Shown here one piece after another: positions 8,471-17,223 of a DNA stretch of 64,000 bases. The position numbers and the translations under genes were made by a program. The notes under the pieces are model-generated. The model was not told the origin of the DNA. It made no database searches and saw nothing but the letters and a program-made list of their open reading frames with translations. This DNA is from Planctomycetota bacterium. GTDB lineage: Bacteria > Planctomycetota > UBA1135 > UBA2386. Location: assembly GCA_046290465.1 (NCBI GenBank), contig JBKAGP010000001.1, forward strand, positions 4,096,001 to 4,160,000, written 5' to 3'. Position 1 is the stretch's first letter. Every line of letters begins with the position of its first letter.

Positions 8471-10150
8471 TCAGTGCTTGTGCGGCGCCAGCGCGATCCG
8501 GACCGGCACGCCGCGCTGGATCCTGACGACCTCGGTGGCCTCCACCTCGCCGTCGACGACGCGCATCGCCATCCCGTACCACCCGCCGCCGGGCACGCCA
8601 CGGATCGCCACGCGGCCGTGCTCACCGGAGAACGCCACCAGCGAGGCGTTGCCGGTCGCCGATGCCGCGACGATGTCGGCGTCGGTGTCGTTCATGCCGA
8701 AGATCGTGATCCACGCGCCCGGGCACGGCTGGTCGTCGCCATCGACGACCTCGATCTCGAACGCGTCGTGCTTGCCGGTCTGCAGCGCCACCTCGGTGGC
8801 CTTGCCATCGACCTCGTGGATCGCAAACCCGGCCGCACCCGAGTTCGCGACCAGCACCAGCTGGCCCGGTGGCAGCGACGCGAAGCAGAAGCGACCGCCG
8901 TGGTCGGCGTAGGTGACCCACAAGGGATCGCCGCGGTCCACGTAGGCCTGCTGCCGCGAGCGCGCCGTGATCCGCGCACCGGCCAGCGGCACGCCATTGG
9001 TGTCGACGATCGCGCCGCGCAGCGAGCGCGGGGCGACCGTGAGCCGGCCACCAGCCTTTGGCGGCAAGAACGGCACGTGCCGGCCGTCGATCTCGACGAA
9101 GCCGATGCAGTCCGGGCCGAGACCTTCTCCGCCCAGCGTCGCGACCCCGCGGTCGTCGGTGCGGGTCCAGTGTTGCAGCGGCGGATGGCCCCGATCTCCG
9201 TAGCGCCACAGCACGCGACGATCCGCCATCGGCCGACCGTCGTGCACCAAGGTGACCGAGAGCGCCGGCGCCGGCTGCAGTTCGAACGTCATCAGGCCGT
9301 CCACCGGGTCGCCATGCGCCAGACGGCGGCCCGACGCCGCCACGAGCAGCCGATCCCGCCGCGCCGCGACGACGAAGCGGCCCCGTTCGTCGGTGCGTGC
9401 TTCGCCGCCGAGCCGGAAGCTCTCGAACACGCGCGCTCCGACGATCGGCGCCCCTGCCGGGTCGCGCACGATGCCTTCGACGAGCGGTCGTTGCTTGGCC
9501 CGCAGCTCGAGCGTGCGGCAGCGCCGCAACGGCATCATCAGGCCACCGTCGAGCAGCAGCCACGAGCGATCCACCGCCACCGGGATCAGGTACGGCTCCC
9601 AGAACGGCTCCTGCAGGTAGGCACTCGGAAACGCGCAGCGCCAGCGCCCGTCGCCGTCCGTCGTCAGGCGGTGCCGCGTGATCGGCGAACCGCAGCCGCG
9701 GTGCCGCGCCCAGGTCTGCTCGAACGGCTCGAGCGCCAGTTCGAACCCTGCCAGCGGCGCTCCGGATTCGTCCTTCACGACGCCGCCGACCCACGGCGTC
9801 TCGATCAGCTCCAGTTCGCAGAACCCGCCGGCCATGACCGGAAACCGGCGCATGCTCATCGACGCACCATCTGCTGTCGCAGCGATCAGTTCGAACGGGC
9901 CCGCGACCGGCAGCTTGCCGCGGAAGCGACCGCGTCGGTCCGTCGTCAGGACCTCGGTGGCGACCCCGCCGTCGGCCAGCGTGTAGCCGCAGAGCCCCGG
10001 CAGTTCGGGATGCACCCGCCAGCGCACGGTGACGGCGACGTCGGCCCGCGGTGCACGATCGGCAGCGCGCACGATTCCTGCCAGTTCGAACTGCTGCGCA
10101 GCTGGCGCGGTCGCGACCAGCAGCGCCGCGATGAGGCCGCGGAGACGCAT
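8471..10150 (-). CDS. Secreted protein with carboxypeptidase-regulatory-like beta-sandwich repeats
   Basis: Signal peptide MRLRGLIAALLVATAPAAQQ; repeated GIVRD..G.P..GARV...TD..GRF motifs. Confidence 0.7.
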   Translation of the reverse strand: MRLRGLIAALLVATAPAAQQFELAGIVRAADRAPRADVAVTVRWRVHPELPGLCGYTLADGGVATEVLTTDRRGRFRGKLPVAGPFELIAATADGASMSMRRFPVMAGGFCELELIETPWVGGVVKDESGAPLAGFELALEPFEQTWARHRGCGSPITRHRLTTDGDGRWRCAFPSAYLQEPFWEPYLIPVAVDRSWLLLDGGLMMPLRRCRTLELRAKQRPLVEGIVRDPAGAPIVGARVFESFRLGGEARTDERGRFVVAARRDRLLVAASGRRLAHGDPVDGLMTFELQPAPALSVTLVHDGRPMADRRVLWRYGDRGHPPLQHWTRTDDRGVATLGGEGLGPDCIGFVEIDGRHVPFLPPKAGGRLTVAPRSLRGAIVDTNGVPLAGARITARSRQQAYVDRGDPLWVTYADHGGRFCFASLPPGQLVLVANSGAAGFAIHEVDGKATEVALQTGKHDAFEIEVVDGDDQPCPGAWITIFGMNDTDADIVAASATGNASLVAFSGEHGRVAIRGVPGGGWYGMAMRVVDGEVEATEVVRIQRGVPVRIALAPHKH

Positions 10151-10175
10151 CCCGACACGGTATGGTGGATCGCGC

Positions 10176-12173
10176 ATGCCCGCCACCAAGCCACTGCTCG
10201 CAGGGATCGGCTCGGCGCTGTTCGTGCTGACCCTGCTGGGCGTGTTGATCGTGCAGCAGGCACGGCGCGACGCCCGCGCCGCGATGGTCGAGCAGCTCGA
10301 CGCCGCGCGCGTGCGCCTCGAGGGCGCGCTCTACGAACGGCTCAACATGGTGCGCGGACTCGCCGCCTTCGTGCGGACCCACGAGACGTTCTCGGACGAG
10401 CAGTTCCAGCGGTTCGCGCTGGCGCTCGAAGGGGACCGCAAGGGCATCCTGAGCCTGCAGCTCGCGCCGGACGCCGTCGTCACCTACCTCACGCACGAGG
10501 ACCGCAACCAGAAGGCACGTGGTCACGACCTGCTCGCCGACCCGACGCGGCGTGCGCTGGTCGAGCGCGCCATCGACAACCGCGAGTATTTCCTCGCCGG
10601 CCCGTTGCAGCTCGTGCAGGGTGGCATCGCGCTGATCAGCCGCCTGCCGATCTTCCTGCCGGATGCCAGCGCCGCGACCGGCGACCGCTTCTGGGGGTTC
10701 TCGACGATCCTGCTCGAGGTCGGGCCGCTGCTCGCCGAGGCCGGCATCGACGAACAGCACACCTCGCTCGAGTTCGCGGTGCGCGGAACCGACGGACGCG
10801 GCCGCGACGGCGACGTGTTCTTCGGGGACGAGCAACTGTTCGTCGCGCCGCAGGCAGCGGTCGACGTCGCGATCCCCAACGGCAGATGGGTGCTGGCCGC
10901 GCGCCGACGCGATTCCGCGTTCGCCGCGTCGTTCGGTTCGCCGCTGCTCTGGCTCGGTGCCGTCGCGATGGCGCTGCTGCTCGGCGGCCTGGTGTTGGTG
11001 CAGCTACAGCGGCCGCTGCAGCTGCAGGCCGCCGCCGATCGCGCCGTGAAGGCGCTCGAGGAGAGCCAGGAGCAGCTGCGCCAGGCGCAGAAGATGGAGT
11101 CGATCGGGCACCTGACCGGCGGCGTCGCGCACGACTTCAACAACCTGCTGGCGATCATCGGCGGCGGCATCGAGCTGGCGCTGATGGATGCGACCGACGA
11201 CGAACAGCGCGACGCGCTCACGCAGGCGATGTCGGCGACCAAGCGCGGCGCGCGGTTGACCCAGTCGCTGATGGCGTTTGCGCGCAAACAGCGGCTCGCG
11301 CCGGTCGAGACCGACCTCAACGACCTGATCCGCAACAACCGATCGATGCTCACAGCCAGCATCGGCGAGGCGATCGAACTGCGCCTGCAGCTCGCCGCGC
11401 CGTTGCACCATGCGCTGGTGGACCCCAACCAGCTGCACACCGCGCTGCTCAACCTGGCGATCAACGCCCGCGATGCGATGCCCGACGGCGGCGTGCTGAC
11501 GATCGCGACGCGCGAGCTGCCCGAAGAGGACCGCGTCGAGGTGTCGGTCACCGACACCGGGGAAGGCATGAGCGACGACGTGCGCGAACGCGTGTTCGAG
11601 CCGTTCTTCACGACCAAGCCGGTCGGCAAGGGATCCGGCCTCGGCCTCAGCATGGTCTACGGCCTGATGCAGCAGTCCGGCGGCGACATCGTCGTCGACA
11701 GCGAGCCGGGCGTCGGCACGGTCGTACGCATGCGGCTGCCGAAGGCGCGCAGCTCGACGCCGAAGGAGCAGACGCCGTATCCCGAGACCTATGCCGACCT
11801 GCCGCAGGCGCGCGGCGAGACCGTGCTGCTGACCGAGGACGACGCCGGCGTTCGCCGGATCATGGTCCGCCAGCTGCAGCGGCTCGGCTACCACGTGCTT
11901 GAGGCCGAGGACGCAGCCAGCGCGCGCAAACGGCTCGACGACGGCCCGGTGGACGTGCTGTTGACCGACGTCGTGCTCGGCAACGGCCCCGACGGCTACG
12001 CGCTCGGCGCCGAGGTGCGCCGAGACCACCCATCGATGGCCGTGCTCTACGCGTCGGGCAACCACCGCTCCACCGGCAAGCCGTCACACGACGACGCGGT
12101 GCTGCTGCGCAAGCCGGTCGCGACGCCGGAGCTCGCCCGCGCGCTGCGCGCCGCCATCGACCAGCGCGGCTGA
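10176..12173 (+). CDS. Hybrid sensor histidine kinase (CHASE-type sensor, HisKA, HATPase, receiver)
   Basis: Two TMs; GGVAHDFNNLL; NLAINARDAM; DTGEGM; FFTTK..GSGLGL; C-terminal REC (EDD..TD..KP). Confidence 0.93.
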   Translation: MPATKPLLAGIGSALFVLTLLGVLIVQQARRDARAAMVEQLDAARVRLEGALYERLNMVRGLAAFVRTHETFSDEQFQRFALALEGDRKGILSLQLAPDAVVTYLTHEDRNQKARGHDLLADPTRRALVERAIDNREYFLAGPLQLVQGGIALISRLPIFLPDASAATGDRFWGFSTILLEVGPLLAEAGIDEQHTSLEFAVRGTDGRGRDGDVFFGDEQLFVAPQAAVDVAIPNGRWVLAARRRDSAFAASFGSPLLWLGAVAMALLLGGLVLVQLQRPLQLQAAADRAVKALEESQEQLRQAQKMESIGHLTGGVAHDFNNLLAIIGGGIELALMDATDDEQRDALTQAMSATKRGARLTQSLMAFARKQRLAPVETDLNDLIRNNRSMLTASIGEAIELRLQLAAPLHHALVDPNQLHTALLNLAINARDAMPDGGVLTIATRELPEEDRVEVSVTDTGEGMSDDVRERVFEPFFTTKPVGKGSGLGLSMVYGLMQQSGGDIVVDSEPGVGTVVRMRLPKARSSTPKEQTPYPETYADLPQARGETVLLTEDDAGVRRIMVRQLQRLGYHVLEAEDAASARKRLDDGPVDVLLTDVVLGNGPDGYALGAEVRRDHPSMAVLYASGNHRSTGKPSHDDAVLLRKPVATPELARALRAAIDQRG

Positions 12174-12208
12174 GTCGCCACGTCGGCGACGCGGCATGCG
12201 GCCGTCGC

Positions 12209-12970
12209 CTACAGCGTGAACTCGCGCGGGAAGAACCTGGTCGGCGACCGCGACTGCACGCCGAACACGTGCTCGACGTTGTCCGGTGCCAACGCCTGTT
12301 CGGGCGCGTCGTCGGCGAACAGCCGGCCGTCGTGCAGCAGCACCGCCCGGTCGCAGTGCGGGGCGAACAGGTTGAGGTCGTGGCTCGCGACCAGGATGCC
12401 GTGGCCGTCGTCGGCGAGCCGGCGCAGCAGCCGCACCAGCTGCAGCGCGTGCTCGAGGTCGAGGTTGTTGGTCGGTTCGTCGAGCAGCAGCAGCCTGGCC
12501 TCGGTGGCGAGCGCGCGCGCGACGGCGACGCGCCGCTGTTCGCCGCCGGACAACGTGGTGACCGCACGGTTGGCGAACGCACCGGCATCCAGCAGCACCA
12601 GCGCCCGCTCGATCGCGGCGTGGTCCTCGGGCCGCAGCGCCTCGCTGCGGCCGCGGTGGGGGTGCCGTCCCATCGTCACCAGCTCCCGGCCGGTGAAGTC
12701 GAACGGCACGTCGGTGTCCTGCGGCACGAACGCCAGCTCGCGCGCCCGCGCCCGCGGCTCCCAGGCCGCCAGCGGTTTGCCGCCGAGCTGCGCGCTGCCC
12801 GCGTCGGGCTGCAGGGCTCCGACCATGCAGCGCAGGATCGTGCTCTTGCCGGCGCCGTTGCGGCCGGCGAGCAGCACGAGTTCTCCCGGCGCGATCTCGA
12901 GCGAGACGCCGTGCAGGACCGTTCGCTGGCCGAGCTGCACCGACAGCATGTTGGCGACGACCGAGGTCAC
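12209..12970 (-). CDS. ABC transporter ATPase (cobalamin/heme/siderophore type)
   Basis: GRNGAGKST, LSGGEQRR, LLLDEPT, SHD. Confidence 0.92.
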   Translation of the reverse strand: MTSVVANMLSVQLGQRTVLHGVSLEIAPGELVLLAGRNGAGKSTILRCMVGALQPDAGSAQLGGKPLAAWEPRARARELAFVPQDTDVPFDFTGRELVTMGRHPHRGRSEALRPEDHAAIERALVLLDAGAFANRAVTTLSGGEQRRVAVARALATEARLLLLDEPTNNLDLEHALQLVRLLRRLADDGHGILVASHDLNLFAPHCDRAVLLHDGRLFADDAPEQALAPDNVEHVFGVQSRSPTRFFPREFTL

Positions 12971-13983
12971 AGCGCCACTCCCCGACGCTGCCGCGCCAGC
13001 AGGTACAAGAAGTACGGTGCGCCCGCGACCGCGGTGACGACGCCGAGCCGCAGGTTCCACTCGGCCGGCGCGACGCGGCAACCGAGGTCGCTGACGACCA
13101 TCAGCACCGCCCCGAGCAGCGCCGCCGTCGGCAGCAGCACGCGGTGCGCGGGGCCGACCAGCAGGCGTGCGAGGTGCGGCACGATCAAGCCGACGAACGC
13201 GATGCCGCCGCTGTTGGCCACCGTCGTCGCCGTCAGGCCGCAGGCGAACCAGACCAGCGTGCGGCGGGCGCGCTGGGCGTCGACGCCGAGGCTGTGGGCG
13301 CTGTCGTCGCGCAGCGTCAGCAGGTCGAGTTCGCGGGCGCGCGGCCAGACCATCAGTGCAAACAGCAGGAAGCCGCCAGCCGTGATCCAGGCGTGCTGCC
13401 ACGTGCGCGCGTCGAGCCCGCCCATCAGCCAGAACAGCACGCGCGAGCTGGCGGTGTAGTTGTCGAACGCGAACGTGACCACGAACGACGTCAGCGCGCC
13501 GAACAGCGTGTTGAGCGCGATGCCGGCGAGCAGCAGGTTGGCGACGGTGAAGCGGCCGTGTGAGCCGGCGAGCACGAACACCAGCGACGTCACGCCGACC
13601 GCGCCCGCCAGCGCGAACAGCGGCGTCATCACGACGCCGAGGTCGGCCCAGCCGAACACGATCGCCAGCGCGCCGCCGAACGCGGCCCCGGCGGCGGTGC
13701 CGATGATGTCGGGCGAAGCCAGCGGGTTGCGGAAGGTGGCCTGCATGACCGTGCCGGCGAGCGCGAGCGCGGCGCCGCCGAAGGTCGCGACCAGCACCCG
13801 CGGCGTGCGGATCGTGCCGAGCACGAAGCGGTCGGCGGCGTCCGGCGCGTCGGTCAGGCCGGTCCACGAGAGCAACCACGCAAACAAGGCGTCGAGGCCG
13901 GGGCGTTCGCGTGCGAGTCCCAGGTGCAGCAACGAGACCGCGACCAGCACGGCGACCAACAGCAGCGGCAGGCGGCGCTTCAC
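12967..13983 (-). CDS. FecCD/BtuC family ABC permease
   Basis: RTPRVL, QATFRNPLASPDIIG, GGIAFVGLIVPH. Confidence 0.92.
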   Translation of the reverse strand: MKRRLPLLLVAVLVAVSLLHLGLARERPGLDALFAWLLSWTGLTDAPDAADRFVLGTIRTPRVLVATFGGAALALAGTVMQATFRNPLASPDIIGTAAGAAFGGALAIVFGWADLGVVMTPLFALAGAVGVTSLVFVLAGSHGRFTVANLLLAGIALNTLFGALTSFVVTFAFDNYTASSRVLFWLMGGLDARTWQHAWITAGGFLLFALMVWPRARELDLLTLRDDSAHSLGVDAQRARRTLVWFACGLTATTVANSGGIAFVGLIVPHLARLLVGPAHRVLLPTAALLGAVLMVVSDLGCRVAPAEWNLRLGVVTAVAGAPYFLYLLARQRRGVAL

Positions 13984-14855
13984 GGGGCCTTCCACTCCCG
14001 CAGCTGCTTCTGCACGAACGCCGCGGCCTCGACCAGATGGTGCGACGTGGTGCTCAGCAGCGGCCCCGGCACGAACAGCAGCCGTTCGTTCTGCACGCAC
14101 GGCAGCAGGTCGAGACCCGGGAACTGCTGCATCCACTCCGGCACGCCCTGCCCCGGCTCCCCGGCGAGCACGATCGCATCGGGCCGCCACGCGAGCACCT
14201 CCTCGATGTCGAGCTTGCGGAACGCGCCGACGCCGTGCTCGGCGGCGACGTTGGTCGCGCCGGCCGCGCGCGCGACCGCGTCGAACAGCGAGGCCTCACC
14301 GTAGGTGTGCAGCGCCCCGTCGAGGCTCATCAGCCGCCACGCCGGCAGGTCGCGGCCGGCCGCCTCGACCTGCTGCAGCCGCTGCCGCATCGCGGTCGCG
14401 ACCGCACCGAGCTGCTCGTCGAGGTGGGTCACGCGACCCATCGTGCGCAGGTTCGCCTCGATGTCGTCGAAGCCGTGCGGGTCACGCGTGCGGACCACCG
14501 GCACGCCCGCCGCGGCCAGCAGCGCCAGCGTCTCGGCGCGCGTGTAGGCGTCGACCAGCACCAGGTCCGGGTCGACCGACAGCAGCTGCTCCGGCGTCGC
14601 GCCGACCAGCGGCACGCCGCGCGCGCGGTCCGCGACCAGCGAGTAGCCGGGGTCGGCCGCAAACGCGTGGGCCCCGGCCAGCCGTTCGTCGGGCAGCACG
14701 CCGAGCAGCGACTCCGCGGCCAGCACCGAGGCGGCTACGACGCGTCGGGGCGCGACCGCCGGACGCCACGAAGGCTCCTGCCACGGCTGTGCCTCGGTGC
14801 AGCCCACGAGCACGGTGAGGGCAACCGGGGCGAGCACGGACGTTCGGAGGGCCAC
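13980..14855 (-). CDS. BtuF-like substrate-binding lipoprotein
   Basis: Lipobox LVGC; PEQLLSVDPDLV; IEEVLAWRPD; coupled to the permease. Confidence 0.85.
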   Translation of the reverse strand: MALRTSVLAPVALTVLVGCTEAQPWQEPSWRPAVAPRRVVAASVLAAESLLGVLPDERLAGAHAFAADPGYSLVADRARGVPLVGATPEQLLSVDPDLVLVDAYTRAETLALLAAAGVPVVRTRDPHGFDDIEANLRTMGRVTHLDEQLGAVATAMRQRLQQVEAAGRDLPAWRLMSLDGALHTYGEASLFDAVARAAGATNVAAEHGVGAFRKLDIEEVLAWRPDAIVLAGEPGQGVPEWMQQFPGLDLLPCVQNERLLFVPGPLLSTTSHHLVEAAAFVQKQLREWKAP

Positions 14856-14923
14856 GCGGCCATCATGGCCCGCGGCGACGGCCCCGCAATCAAAACAGCG
14901 TCGCGCCGGCTTTGGAGCTCGAC

Positions 14924-16150
14924 TCAGCGACCGCCGTCGCCTTCGCCCTCGGGCAGCCCGAACGAAGCCGGCAGCTCTTCCTTGCCCTTGGTCTGCTCCG
15001 ACCACGGCGCGTTCTTGAGCGTGATCGGGCCGACTTCGCGCAGTTCGTCCGTGCGGCGGTGCTGCACCACCAGCGTGCAGGTGTCTCCGCCGAGTCGCGA
15101 GCTGACCAGCATCTGGAAGTGCGGACCGTTCAGGACGTCGACGCCGTCGACCTTCATGATGACGTCGCCCTTCTTGAGACCGGCTTCCGCGGCTGCGCCC
15201 TCCTTGGGCGTGCCGGCGATCTTGGCGCCGGGTCCGAGGTGCGACGTCGCCAGCTGCACCCCGAGCCAGGCGCGCTGCAGGATGTCGCCTTCCTTCATCC
15301 GTTCGATCAGCGGCTGGATGTCGGCGATCGTCGTCGCGAAGCCGATGCCCGAGTCGTACCACTCGACGCCGGCGTTGCGCCCCGACGGCGACAGCGGCAC
15401 GGCGATGCCGAGCACGCGACCGTGGATGTCGACGACCGCGCCGCCGTAGTTGGCCGGCGAGGTGTAGGCGTCGATCTGCAGCGCGCGTCCGAACAGGCGC
15501 TGCTTCGCACTGACGATGCCGAGGTGCACGGTCGGCTCCTCCTGCGCGAACGTGCGGCCGAGCGCGAAGGCCCATTGTCCGACCTTGACGTCCTTCGGGT
15601 GCACGAACGTCGGCACCGGCAGATCCTCGGCGTCGATCTTGACCAGCGCGATGCCGCGGCTGGTGTCCTCGCCGACGCGCTCCGCGTGGAACGTGCCGAC
15701 CTTTGGCACCGTGATCAGCACGGTCGTCGGATCGAGGTTGAGCGCGAAGCGCGAGATCATGATCCAGCCGTCGGAGGTCAGGATGATGCCCGACGTCTTG
15801 CCCTGCGCCTGCTTGAAGCCGCCGGCGACCAGCGGGAGCTTCTTCTTCTTCTTGTCCTTCTTGTCCTTCTTGTCGTCCTTCTTGTCACCGTCGTCGGGGT
15901 CCCCTTCCGGGTCCTCCTTCTTGGGCTTCGGCTTGGGACGCGGCTTCGGCGGCGCGGGGCCGTCCATCGGTCCGTCCTTGCCCATCAGCCGGCGCGTGCC
16001 GCCGAACGTCTCGACGGTGACCACGAACGGCCCCGCCTTCTTCAGCGCCGCCTGCAGCACCGGCTCGAGCTCGAGGAACTCGTCCAGGTTGCCCTGCTGC
16101 GCGCACAGCGGCAGCGACAGACCCAACAACACGATGGTCGAACGCAGCAT
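14924..16150 (-). CDS. HtrA/trypsin-like + PDZ protein, catalytic residues lost
   Basis: SGIILTSDGWIMISRFAL (no His); SPANYGG in place of NPGNSGG; PDZ; signal peptide. Confidence 0.85.
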   Translation of the reverse strand: MLRSTIVLLGLSLPLCAQQGNLDEFLELEPVLQAALKKAGPFVVTVETFGGTRRLMGKDGPMDGPAPPKPRPKPKPKKEDPEGDPDDGDKKDDKKDKKDKKKKKLPLVAGGFKQAQGKTSGIILTSDGWIMISRFALNLDPTTVLITVPKVGTFHAERVGEDTSRGIALVKIDAEDLPVPTFVHPKDVKVGQWAFALGRTFAQEEPTVHLGIVSAKQRLFGRALQIDAYTSPANYGGAVVDIHGRVLGIAVPLSPSGRNAGVEWYDSGIGFATTIADIQPLIERMKEGDILQRAWLGVQLATSHLGPGAKIAGTPKEGAAAEAGLKKGDVIMKVDGVDVLNGPHFQMLVSSRLGGDTCTLVVQHRRTDELREVGPITLKNAPWSEQTKGKEELPASFGLPEGEGDGGR

Positions 16151-17223
16151 CACTTCTTCGGCTCCTCGGCGAGCGTCATGTCGCCGGTCATCACGCGGGT
16201 GCCGCGCTTCCACATCACCTTGACCGTGTCGCCCGGCTTGTACTTCTCGAGCACGCGACGGAACTCGTTGCAGCTGCGCACCGAGAAGTCGTCGACGCGC
16301 ACGATCATGTCGTCGATACGCAGGCCGAGCTCGCGACCCGGGGACTTGCGCTTGACGCGCTCGACGTAGGCCGGTGGCGACTTGCGGCCGGCGGACTCGA
16401 ACAGCGTGATGCCGGTCCACACCGGCACGACCTCCGCCTCGACCTCGTCGCGCTCCTTGCCGTGCACCATCTGTTCGAGGTAGGGCAGCAGGTCGCGCGA
16501 CGGGATCGCTGCCGACAGCATGGTGTTGGTCTCCTTGCTGTCGAGCAGGCGCATGTTGAGCCCGATCCAGCGACCGTCGAGCGTGAACAGCCCGCCGCCG
16601 TAGTGGCCGGGGTTGTTGCAGGCATCGGTCAGGATGATGTCGCCGTCGTACCTGACGTCAGCCATGCGGTAGCGCAGCGCCGTGTTGGCGGTGCCGACCA
16701 CGACGCCGAACGTCGCGCTGACCTTCTCGGAGAACTCCGCGAGTCGGAAGCAGTTGCCGAGGCTGACGACGAACTGGCCGTTGCGGAACCGCGCCTGCTC
16801 CTCGCTCGGCGGCCACAGCGGCTGCAGCTTGCCGTCGACCTCCTCCGGGTCGATCTTGAGGATCCGTACGCCGAGCTTCTCGTCGGCGGCGAACAGCGTG
16901 GCCTCGTGCACCGAACCGTCGTAGAGCACGACCCGGGTGCGATCCTTCTGCAGCAGGATCTGGTCCAGCGTCAGGATGTGGCCGCGCTCGCTGATAACGA
17001 TGCCGGTCGCGTAGGCCTTGATCGTCGCCAGACCCGACGCGCCGTGGATCTTGACGATGCTCGGCAGCAGCTTGTCGATGGTCTTCTCGACCTGCGTCTT
17101 CGGCTTGCGCTCCGCGAACGAGTAGGCCTTGCCGAAGTCGTTCTTCGCCGCCTTGGGATCCTGCTGCGCTGAGATGGTGGCGGCGAGCGAGGCCGCGAGC
17201 ACGAACGTCAGGGTGCGCATCAT
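16150..17223 (-). CDS. HtrA/trypsin-like + PDZ protein, catalytic residues lost
   Basis: TGIVISERGHILTLDQIL (no catalytic His); NNPGHYGG; PDZ; signal peptide. Confidence 0.85.
   Translation of the reverse strand: MMRTLTFVLAASLAATISAQQDPKAAKNDFGKAYSFAERKPKTQVEKTIDKLLPSIVKIHGASGLATIKAYATGIVISERGHILTLDQILLQKDRTRVVLYDGSVHEATLFAADEKLGVRILKIDPEEVDGKLQPLWPPSEEQARFRNGQFVVSLGNCFRLAEFSEKVSATFGVVVGTANTALRYRMADVRYDGDIILTDACNNPGHYGGGLFTLDGRWIGLNMRLLDSKETNTMLSAAIPSRDLLPYLEQMVHGKERDEVEAEVVPVWTGITLFESAGRKSPPAYVERVKRKSPGRELGLRIDDMIVRVDDFSVRSCNEFRRVLEKYKPGDTVKVMWKRGTRVMTGDMTLAEEPKK

Noticed and set aside
8291..11902. Long alternative-frame or antisense ORFs (e.g. 8291..11902, 25812..28367, 32677..35376, 48130..50685, 57650..60049)
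   Set aside because: Shadow ORFs typical of high-GC DNA: Arg/Ala/Gly-rich, without motifs, and overlapping well-supported genes.
14856..14923. Cobalamin riboswitch ahead of the Btu-like ABC importer
   Set aside because: The gap is only 68 bp and no B12-box motif was seen.
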